From the NCBI GenBank assembly GCA_034530875.2, contig JAVRCJ020000011.1, forward strand, positions 96,001-160,000: a DNA stretch of 64,000 nt, given 5' to 3'. The position numbers and the translations under genes are program-made. The DNA is from Nostoc sp. DedSLP01. Lineage in GTDB: Bacteria > Cyanobacteriota > Cyanobacteriia > Cyanobacteriales > Nostocaceae. Each line of letters opens with the position of its first letter. Position 1 is the stretch's first letter. A model generated the notes under the pieces. The model did no database searches, was not told the origin of the DNA, and was given only the letters and a program-made list of their open reading frames with translations. This document shows, piece after piece, positions 31,644 through 39,978 of the stretch.

Positions 31644-33608
31644 TTAAGCTTCAAGTTTTATCATCTTGGCGTGGGAAGGTTTACCTACTTCATTGAGGTA
31701 GAACATCATGTAGTAACCCGGTGGGTAAAGATTGGCATTTTTCGGTACTCTAAATTTGATTGCGGACTCGTTCCCTAAAGCAACACTTTCAACAGTCAAA
31801 TCTGCTAGTCGTTGCCCATAATCTAAAGAATGAGTAACCGCACCTAACTTAACGAGAACTACCGAACCTTTTTCCGTGGCATCCTTAACTGAAATACTGT
31901 TAGATTTGCCATAGTTGAGTATTTCCGGAGCTTTGACGATTTCCGGACGAGCACCAGGCTTAAACAAATAGGTGGGACTGAAGATTTCTGCTTGCCAAAT
32001 TTCAGAAGGAACGAAGGGTTCTTTGTCTCCCTTTTCCAAATCTTCTTTAATAAAATAACTTTGGGGAGATTGGTAATACTCCTCAAGATTGAATTGTTTC
32101 GGGTTACCTGATTTATCTACTAAATTGGGTAACTTATAAAAATATTTCAGGGGTTCTCGTTGGATATTAACGTAAAGAGTGCCATCTTTTTCCCGTCCGG
32201 TTCGATTGGCATTTCCCCCAATAATCAAAACACGAGCATCCGGTAATAAAACTGCCCCATTATGATAAAGTCTGGGCAATTTAGCAGGATTCATCGGTTT
32301 AGTAATGTAACCCCCTATAGCTCTGGAATCGGGAGTCATTAACAAAGGTTCATAGACTGGCTTGTATTCTGGAAATTGACCGCCATTGACTACCAAAAGT
32401 TCTTTAGTTGGCAGAATTACTGCTTGCAAGTTAGCTCTTGGCTTATCAAGAAAGTTATTCACAATTTCCCACTTGCCATTCTTTTCTCCACTCTTACGCG
32501 GGGATGTCCAATGCTGTAGGCTAGTAGAAACTCTCGACCAGTTGGGAAAACCTGCTGTATTACCTCCTCGTCCATAATTGATGTCGTTGGTGCCGATGAT
32601 ACCTCCGAGTAATAATACATCTTCAGAATTAGGAACTTGCACGGCAGTTCCATAAGCTTTAGATGGCTCTCCCCGGTCAGCTACTACTTCAAAACTGACG
32701 GATAATTCACCTTCTGCGCTCTCACGAACAGACATTAAATAGCTTTTTTTACTGGACTGTGTGACTAAGACGCCACCGATTCCTGCGTCATCTCCAGTTA
32801 TCAAAAGTTTGCCATCAGCAGTAGGAAAAACGCGAGGATAGAGGTCTATAGTATCGTAGGCATTAACATCTGTGAGTTTGGTATTGAAAGGACTGTTCTC
32901 TACAGTTGTCAGGTCAATATAGTGGATTTTTTTGGTTTTAGGATCGTAGATTTCTAGACTGGGATTAACTTGGTTGGGAGACTCGTATTTTAGACCAGAA
33001 AATATAACTATTTTCCCATCGGCTAGTGAAACTAAAGTGGGATACCAACGTCCTTCTTTGAGTTGTCCGACAGCTGACCATTTACCTGTTTTCCAATCAT
33101 AAAGGTTGACCTGTCTAGAACCTGTAAAAGCTCCTCCAGGGTAGTATCTTCCAGTACCACCAACAAAAAGAACATTGCCATCGGCTAGTTGTAAATGACC
33201 GGAGCAAAATAAATCGTTGATTTCTCCATATTGCTGGACTGGTGGTGAAGCAATGCGTTCAAATTTTCCAGTTTCAGGATCTAAAAGACCGCTATTGTTG
33301 ATGACATTATAATCTGTGACATTGACTCCTTCTATAAAACTGGTTTCTTTATCGTTAAAAACTATGGTATTGCGAAAACTACTACCATTGACGCTCAAAA
33401 TTTTGCCATTGGGAAGGACTACAGTATGAACAGACTGCATCACATTTTCTTTAGGTGGAAGAGGGATAGTTTCCCATGCGCCCATTTCTTCTTCAGGACC
33501 GACTATTGTCTGGGCGATCGCCTGTTCCCAACCACATATACTAATAGCTAGAGCCAAAATAAAAGCCAAAAAAACTGATAGCAGCCGATGTTTATTAACT
33601 AGCATCAT
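31644..33608 (-). CDS. Secreted copper-radical oxidase (galactose/glyoxal oxidase, AA5/GlxA-like) with C-terminal DUF1929-type domain
   Basis: DLFCSGH (Cys), RWYP, DLYPR (Tyr), RLYHN (Tyr-His), VTHS (His), PPGYYMMF; signal peptide from MMLVNK at 33608. Confidence 0.9.
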   Translation of the reverse strand: MMLVNKHRLLSVFLAFILALAISICGWEQAIAQTIVGPEEEMGAWETIPLPPKENVMQSVHTVVLPNGKILSVNGSSFRNTIVFNDKETSFIEGVNVTDYNVINNSGLLDPETGKFERIASPPVQQYGEINDLFCSGHLQLADGNVLFVGGTGRYYPGGAFTGSRQVNLYDWKTGKWSAVGQLKEGRWYPTLVSLADGKIVIFSGLKYESPNQVNPSLEIYDPKTKKIHYIDLTTVENSPFNTKLTDVNAYDTIDLYPRVFPTADGKLLITGDDAGIGGVLVTQSSKKSYLMSVRESAEGELSVSFEVVADRGEPSKAYGTAVQVPNSEDVLLLGGIIGTNDINYGRGGNTAGFPNWSRVSTSLQHWTSPRKSGEKNGKWEIVNNFLDKPRANLQAVILPTKELLVVNGGQFPEYKPVYEPLLMTPDSRAIGGYITKPMNPAKLPRLYHNGAVLLPDARVLIIGGNANRTGREKDGTLYVNIQREPLKYFYKLPNLVDKSGNPKQFNLEEYYQSPQSYFIKEDLEKGDKEPFVPSEIWQAEIFSPTYLFKPGARPEIVKAPEILNYGKSNSISVKDATEKGSVVLVKLGAVTHSLDYGQRLADLTVESVALGNESAIKFRVPKNANLYPPGYYMMFYLNEVGKPSHAKMIKLEA

Positions 33609-33743
33609 AATCGAAAAATTTGAAGCGCCTCTGGAAAATGAATTACACAAAATAGAAAAAGAGGTAAAGATAAAAAAATATTTTATTTTACCTCTTATGT
33701 TCCATGTACATGCCAAGGAGAGAGGAAAAGCGATCGCAGTTAT

Positions 33744-33860
33744 TAGACTTCTTGCAGAAGTAGGGAAAAGGGTAAGGGGGAAAGGGGAAAGGGATAAGAA
33801 AAAACCTTTTAATTTTTACCTTTGCCCCAAGAGTGCGAAAAGAGTTTTGCAAGAGGTCTA
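33744..33860. mobile_element. MITE with STRR core
   Basis: TAGACTTCTTGCA ... TGCAAGAGGTCTA TIRs around GGGGAAA repeats. Confidence 0.7.
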
Positions 33861-33922
33861 CTGTCTAAATACTTGATAATTGCTCAATCGAGATAATTTT
33901 CTGCGATAATTAGATTAATTAC

Positions 33923-34930
33923 TTAACAGTAATATTTGATTTTTTCAATTTCTGTTTGAGTAATTTTGATGGCTTTGTCAGCAATATCGTAGGCACTCGG
34001 ATATTGATTTGGAGTATCTTCGCCAGGAATCCAAAACTTACGCCGAGTCAAACGCAGCGAGTTAATAAAAGCAGGAATGGCATTAAAAATTTCTACTGCG
34101 ATCGGGCCATTATAGACCTGTAAAATGGGTTCTAAAAATGATTGCCAATTAATCCAACTAGTATGAAGTGCGCCGCGATCGGGAGGAGAGACTTGTACGT
34201 AATGAAGCCTTTGCTGTTTGGCGAGAGATGACACTTGTCCTTTAAAAATCTCAGGGCCATCACCATCGAGATGTTCGTGAGCGCTATCAATTACTACTCC
34301 TACTTGTCTGCTCTCAACTCCATCCAAAAACTCAATTAATTGTGATAACTTATTAGGGCCAGGAGTTTCCCAATGAGTAATTGGTTCAATTGCTAATTTG
34401 ACATTTTGTTGTTCTGCGTATTGCCCTACCTCATTAAATATTTTTTGAGCATCACAATAACGAATTGCTAAATGTTCCTGAAGTTTATCGCTCCAAATTG
34501 GCTCATTAAAGTCAGTAGTAGGAAATACACTATAAGGAATGACAATCGGCCCCATGAGAATTTCACCCCTGAGTGCAGCTGTGATGTCAATCCGTGATTT
34601 GAGGTACTCTAGTGCTTCTTGTCTTTGTTCGGGATAGGGAGAACTTAAATCGAAGGTACGGGTAGTCCCAACATTAGTAGCAATTTTTACGTTTTCTAAG
34701 CCTTCAGAGTCTAGAAAATATCGTAAACTCGCATAATCTTCAACGTGTTTTTCGTAATTTTTGTCAAAATTAGCTGCGATCGGAAATTCAAAGCCCGTGT
34801 AACCAAACTTTTGCAGTTCTTTTATATGTGTTAGAACTGTTTGCCGAGATTCTGAATCAGTAGGGTTCAGATTAGTGGTAAACAAAAAGAAGCTAATGTA
34901 TATATCAGGCACAGATGATGAGTTGCTCAT
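33923..34930 (-). CDS. Sugar phosphate isomerase/epimerase (ketose 3-epimerase-like TIM barrel)
   Basis: LAIEPITHWE, VIDSAHE, DRG, VEIF. Confidence 0.85.
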   Translation of the reverse strand: MSNSSSVPDIYISFFLFTTNLNPTDSESRQTVLTHIKELQKFGYTGFEFPIAANFDKNYEKHVEDYASLRYFLDSEGLENVKIATNVGTTRTFDLSSPYPEQRQEALEYLKSRIDITAALRGEILMGPIVIPYSVFPTTDFNEPIWSDKLQEHLAIRYCDAQKIFNEVGQYAEQQNVKLAIEPITHWETPGPNKLSQLIEFLDGVESRQVGVVIDSAHEHLDGDGPEIFKGQVSSLAKQQRLHYVQVSPPDRGALHTSWINWQSFLEPILQVYNGPIAVEIFNAIPAFINSLRLTRRKFWIPGEDTPNQYPSAYDIADKAIKITQTEIEKIKYYC

Positions 34931-35013
34931 ATTAAAATTTGTTTTGATTGCTGGTTAAATTCAAAAAGTACGAAGTTTAATTGATATATTCAAGAATTTG
35001 TAATCATTTAGTT

Positions 35014-35412
35014 TTACAAGGGTTTATTATTCCAAATTTGCCGACTAATTTTCCAGTCATGGTGTTCTTTTTTCATTAACCATAATGCTCGAAACTTGAC
35101 TTGCTTTGATGGACTACCATCTTTTGGGTGAACTGTGGCAACAGAAATTCCCATGACATAACCAAAATCGCCCATAACTTCGATTTCTTCAGCAGTGAAA
35201 ACTGGATCTATTTTGCTATTAGCAATCTGTTCGCTAAACCCTTCAATAATGTCAGGAATCCCAACGCGATCGCTGACATTCGGTGCCATCCATAGAGCAT
35301 CTTCTGTATACATCTCGCCGTAACCACACAAATCTTCAGATTTAACGTTAGCGGCATATACTTCTTCAAAGACAATTCTGATTTTTTCTTTATCGCTATC
35401 AATGTGCTTCAT
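35014..35412 (-). CDS. NTF2/SnoaL-like (DUF4440) protein
   Basis: YTEDALWMAP...WKISRQIWN; AGGAG RBS. Confidence 0.85.
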   Translation of the reverse strand: MKHIDSDKEKIRIVFEEVYAANVKSEDLCGYGEMYTEDALWMAPNVSDRVGIPDIIEGFSEQIANSKIDPVFTAEEIEVMGDFGYVMGISVATVHPKDGSPSKQVKFRALWLMKKEHHDWKISRQIWNNKPL

Positions 35413-35628
35413 TGCTATTCTCCTTTAAAATAGTATTTATTTTTCTTCTTTTTCAATCACAATTACTCAGAAGAAATAAGCAGGTAGGTCAATTCAAAAT
35501 TCACAATTTCTAGCAACATTTAAGGTAGTTAGGACACTAACACAATGATAAAAAATACTTTTTTTTCCAGTCCCCAGTCCCTTGCTAGATGAATTTTGAA
35601 TTGACTTACTAATACTTGCTTAAATAGC

Positions 35629-36729
35629 TTATAAACCAGTCACATCGCGTAAATAAGTACGAGCTAAGAGCGCATTTTTCAAAGGATTGGTTTTGTTAGG
35701 ATCTTGTTCTGCTTCTACCATCAGCCATCCTTCATATTTGGCATTAGCAAGCTCATTTAAAATCGGTTTAAAATCAATTGCGCCTTCTTGAAAGTCACCT
35801 GGAACAGTAAAGATACCTTTTTTGATGGAATCTAAAAAGCTCCAACCATTTTTGACGGACTCATCTAAAATAGGCTGGCGAATGTTTTTGAGGTGAACGT
35901 GCTTGATGCGATCGCTATATTTCTTGGTCACTTCCAGAGGATCGACTCCTGCGTAGTACAAATGACCAGTATCCAGCAGCAAATTGACATATTCGCGATT
36001 GGTAGTTTTCATTAAGCGATCGATATCAGCCAAGTTTTCTACTCCTGTACCAATATGGGGATGATAGGAGATTTGGAAACCTTGCTCTTTTGCTAGGGAG
36101 CCAAGTTTATTTAATCCAGCTGCTAGATCCTCCCATTGCTTATCAGTAAACTTTGGTCTGTTAGGCAAAGGAGCAACTGGCTTTTGATGAACTGCACCAC
36201 CCAATTCGGCTACCACAATACTTTTGCTACCACCGATTTGTTTCATGAATTTCAACTGTTTGTTGAATTCTGCTAAAGTTTCATCATTCTTTCCTAGAGT
36301 GAATTCAGTTCCTACCCAAGGTTCCGAAATAGTCAATCTACGAAGTTTTAACTCTTTTTTCAAAACATCGATATCTTGCGGAAACTTAGGTGAGGTTTGC
36401 GAACCTTTGAAGCCAGATAGCGCCATTTCACTCATAATCTGCTCGTAACGGATAGGAGGATTGAGATCGATGCTAGTATCGTCACTATTGCTCCAACCCG
36501 TGGGTGTAATGCCCAAATAAACTTTGTCTGGATTGAATATAGGTTTTGTTGATAGAGGTGGAACCAAAGACACTAAAAATGAGTCTCGAGCCGATGAAGT
36601 TTTGTCGCTATTTGTAGCAGCAGTAGCGGGATAAATCAAGTAAGTCATCCCGAAAAATACTAATGCTACTAAGACAATGAATAAGCGACCAATAGATTTG
36701 AATTGCTGACGAATTGTAGATTTACTCAT
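35629..36729 (-). CDS. iolE: myo-inosose-2 dehydratase-like protein with N-terminal signal peptide
   Basis: GITPTGWSNSD, YHPHIGT, LLDTGH, HVHLKN, FTVPGD, WLMVEAEQDP. Confidence 0.85.
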   Translation of the reverse strand: MSKSTIRQQFKSIGRLFIVLVALVFFGMTYLIYPATAATNSDKTSSARDSFLVSLVPPLSTKPIFNPDKVYLGITPTGWSNSDDTSIDLNPPIRYEQIMSEMALSGFKGSQTSPKFPQDIDVLKKELKLRRLTISEPWVGTEFTLGKNDETLAEFNKQLKFMKQIGGSKSIVVAELGGAVHQKPVAPLPNRPKFTDKQWEDLAAGLNKLGSLAKEQGFQISYHPHIGTGVENLADIDRLMKTTNREYVNLLLDTGHLYYAGVDPLEVTKKYSDRIKHVHLKNIRQPILDESVKNGWSFLDSIKKGIFTVPGDFQEGAIDFKPILNELANAKYEGWLMVEAEQDPNKTNPLKNALLARTYLRDVTGL

Positions 36730-37414
36730 CTTACGTTTACCTTGTTGTTTTAACAGAAGCTTGCTTATGCCGAGCTATGTGAATCTGTTGGAGTTTTCTT
36801 AGGTTAATCTTGTGTTTCCAATGAGGAGTAATCAACTAAAAAAATCAAAGTTGATTCTCGCTCGTTCAAGTGAAGGAAACTATTCACTAGCGAATGATTT
36901 TGAGAAAACTTTCATTTTGCAGATTGAACTAATACTGCTGAAGTTACTAAAATTATCTAAACGTTTAGAATAACTTTAATTCCTCTTTTTGTCATCACTT
37001 AATACTTTAAGAAAAATTTCAGATCGTTTAAATCTAATTACTAATTTTCAAAATTTCAGTATTTAGTAAAAAGGAATAAATATATCTGAAAATAGTTTCT
37101 CTAACTAACCTTTTTGACCATTCAAAACATATCTTAAAATTATAATTTAGATAGAGATTTGGTTTCAATTTTTCAGAATATACGTTCTTGAGGGAAAAGT
37201 TGTAGGACAATTTTGGCGATGCCTAAACCTGCCCGATATGAATCTTTGCTAGGGCTGAGTATAGGGGTGTGGAGTGTAGGGAAAGACAGTTAATTTGTAA
37301 ATATTATTTCGTTTTTATTTCTTCCCTTACACCCTTACACCCAAATATACTAACTCACCCTAAATTTATTTGAATTTTCAGCTTTTCAAGTCACACAAAA
37401 GCAACATTCAGGTC

Positions 37415-38083
37415 TTACTGCAAAGCACCAAATTTACTAACATCTCCATTATAGGTAGTCCCATCAGGCATCAAAGCATTAAACAAATCTGCCCCAGATA
37501 GCTGAGTTCCTTTAAGAGTGGCTTGTGATAACTTTGTATTTCTCATATAGCTATTGGAAAAATCTGCTCCGGATAGAATAGCTCGAGAGAAAATTGCTGA
37601 CCTGAGCTTGGCATTTTTCCCGATCGCATTAGACAAATCTGCATCGGAGATAATGGCCTCTGTTAAATCTGCATCGCTTAAATCCGCGTTTAACAGCTTT
37701 GTATTACTCAAAAGAGCATTATATAAATCTGCACCAGCAAGTTTAGCCCCAGTTAAGTTAGCATTCGACCAGTCGGTTCCCATCGAGATAGCTCCCGATA
37801 GATTAGCTCCTGTTAGATTAGCTCCTTTGAATTTTGCGTCATTGAGCAGGGTGTTAGAGAGGTTGGCATTTGATAGATTAGCTCCATCGAGGGCGCTGCC
37901 ATATAAATCCTTATTTGACAGATCGGCTCCCGAAAGATCGCAACTAACACAAGCGTTTGTTGAAAGTAACTTTTCCAGATTCGCCCCAACGAAAGCGTGA
38001 GCGGGCAAACTAAAGATCGTTAAGCTAAGGAGAATCGCGAGGACAATAGTAGAGAGCCTACGAAATAAAGAAGTAATGCTCAT
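37415..38083 (-). CDS. Secreted pentapeptide repeat protein
   Basis: Signal peptide ending PAHA, CxxC cap, A(D/N)LxG repeats; likely start at 38083. Confidence 0.9.
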   Translation of the reverse strand: MSITSLFRRLSTIVLAILLSLTIFSLPAHAFVGANLEKLLSTNACVSCDLSGADLSNKDLYGSALDGANLSNANLSNTLLNDAKFKGANLTGANLSGAISMGTDWSNANLTGAKLAGADLYNALLSNTKLLNADLSDADLTEAIISDADLSNAIGKNAKLRSAIFSRAILSGADFSNSYMRNTKLSQATLKGTQLSGADLFNALMPDGTTYNGDVSKFGALQ

Positions 38084-38178
38084 GTTTGGCCTTAAAACTA
38101 GGAATTTTTGCAATTTTCTCAGAATCAAAAATGGGTGTTGTTTTAGAGATTGAGTGAGGCGATACCCAACAAGAGATA

Positions 38179-38661
38179 TTAGCCTTGAGCAAGGGTGACT
38201 AAAGGAGGTTCGCTCCAAGTTCCGTATCCTTGGCCTTTAGCACCGGGTGGGTTAACACCAATCGCAGTCCATAGAAGTCCTTCTGGATAGGCTTGCGGAC
38301 TGATAATAAAGGTGCCATCTTTCTCTTTGGTTCCATAAACATCCCGCCAGGCTTGTGGCAGTGTATACCAAGTAGCTACATACCAAACCTTGATGATATT
38401 GCGGGCGATGGGGCCAAATTTTTGAGATGCTAGGATTTGTGCGATCGCGTCGCGATCGTTTTCTTTTTTTTCAACTTCCAACTGATGAAAAGCTGTTAAC
38501 AGTTCTCCAAATATCTCTCCGCCAATAACGTCCCGAATGGTTTCAAAATAAAGATTAGCAAGACCTGTTCCTTGCAAGTTAAATTTGGAAAAGCCTGTCA
38601 GGACTACTGAAAGATTGAGGAAATAGTCCAAAAACTCAGGTGAATTAATATTAATAGCCAT
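38179..38661 (-). CDS. Sugar dehydrogenase small (gamma) subunit-like protein
   Basis: FLNLSVVLTG, IIKVWYVATW, Y.EGLLW, G.GYGTW..PP; GGAGG RBS. Confidence 0.75.
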   Translation of the reverse strand: MAININSPEFLDYFLNLSVVLTGFSKFNLQGTGLANLYFETIRDVIGGEIFGELLTAFHQLEVEKKENDRDAIAQILASQKFGPIARNIIKVWYVATWYTLPQAWRDVYGTKEKDGTFIISPQAYPEGLLWTAIGVNPPGAKGQGYGTWSEPPLVTLAQG

Positions 38662-38714
38662 CAGTGATTTACCTCCACAAAAAGTTTAGATCCCCAAGTC
38701 AAAGTTAGCTAAGG

Positions 38715-39809
38715 CTAGTCCAACCGGAAAAGGGGAGCTGCATTAACCCCTGGGCTACCTGGAATGGGGTTACGCATTAAACTATTAGCCTGTTCTTTCA
38801 GGCGGAACATTCCCCCAACTGCGGGAATCAAATGCTCGGGATGTCCGTCAAAAGCATGTTGAATCTGCTTTAAGAAGTCACTATAGGCAGAGTGAAACTC
38901 TATGGCTGCTGTACGGACTTCTGAGCCTTCGGGATAATCGCTCAGTTTGGCATTTTCCTTAATTGGATAAACTGCGTTCCAATCTACCGTAAACTTTTTA
39001 CCTGTAGGCTCATTGGGGCGATCGGATTTTGCCGGATCGTCCTTGTCGATCGCATAATATTGCCCTAACAGTATTTGTTGAAAACGATAGTCATGGGCTA
39101 GTTCTCGTTCTGCATCATAAATGGTTTCGGTTCTCGATCCCTCACCCTGTTCTTGAATCACTTTTAAGGCTTTTATGGCTGAACGCAGATCGGTTACTGG
39201 GATGATATCTCCACCACCGTTATAGTAGTATGCAGGTGTAATTTGTCGCTGAGGATCGCCACAAAATAGAGCATTACCCTTCTCTTTATAGAGTGCATTC
39301 AGACCGCGAATGATCTCTGCATAAAATAAGCCAATGCTGTAGAAAGCCTTGGTCGGATCGTAGCCTATAACTTCCAACAAATATTCTTCAAGGCTTCGAG
39401 ATCCAACTAATGCTTGACCTTCTTCAACGTGTTCAGACCGTTCAATCTTACGAAAAGTCTCTACAGTCTCTTGGGAAAACTTGCCTAAACCTACTTTAAA
39501 ATCTGTAGAGCCTGTAGGTAAATAGCTAGGATATTTAGGAACAAAATCAGGTGCCGTCAGAACAGGTGAATCAAACGTTCCTCCCACTGCGTTATAAACA
39601 TTAGCCACCAGAGTTAGGTGTAGCATTTCTTCTATAGCAACCGCCCGGATTATATGGAAAGCTTCTAAATTATGTCCGGGTTTAATGGAGTACAGCGCCG
39701 TCATGTAGGGCGGAATAGTTGCATGTTCTATCCTCATAGCTTGTATGAGATAGTACTTCAAGCGATCGACCGTTGTAATCAAATTTAATCTATCGGAGAC
39801 TGTAGTCAT
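38715..39809 (-). CDS. Ferritin-like domain protein (VioB/StaD C-terminal-like family)
   Basis: IEHATIPPY.TALYSI, EEMLHL.LVAN, IQEQGEG, LAH.YRF; likely start MTTV at 39809. Confidence 0.85.
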   Translation of the reverse strand: MTTVSDRLNLITTVDRLKYYLIQAMRIEHATIPPYMTALYSIKPGHNLEAFHIIRAVAIEEMLHLTLVANVYNAVGGTFDSPVLTAPDFVPKYPSYLPTGSTDFKVGLGKFSQETVETFRKIERSEHVEEGQALVGSRSLEEYLLEVIGYDPTKAFYSIGLFYAEIIRGLNALYKEKGNALFCGDPQRQITPAYYYNGGGDIIPVTDLRSAIKALKVIQEQGEGSRTETIYDAERELAHDYRFQQILLGQYYAIDKDDPAKSDRPNEPTGKKFTVDWNAVYPIKENAKLSDYPEGSEVRTAAIEFHSAYSDFLKQIQHAFDGHPEHLIPAVGGMFRLKEQANSLMRNPIPGSPGVNAAPLFRLD

Positions 39810-39885
39810 AATGTCTACTCCCAATGTTTTTTCAACTGTGTAATAGGTACTAGGACTTATCATCAAATAGCCGTATAACCCTATC

Positions 39886-39906
39886 TAGGGCTGAAATTCA
39901 GCCCTA
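39886..39906. other. Intra-operon stem-loop
   Basis: TAGGGCTGAA-A-TTCAGCCCTA between the GMC and ferritin-like genes; second hairpin at about 39952-39978. Confidence 0.5.
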
Positions 39907-39978
39907 ATAAAGTTTTGGATTAAAACCGCGCCCAAAGCCTTTTCCTTGATGGAGCGTCATCTTAATTGATGACACGCT

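Noticed and set aside
37554..38000. 148-aa plus-strand ORF
   Set aside because: Antisense of the pentapeptide repeat gene.
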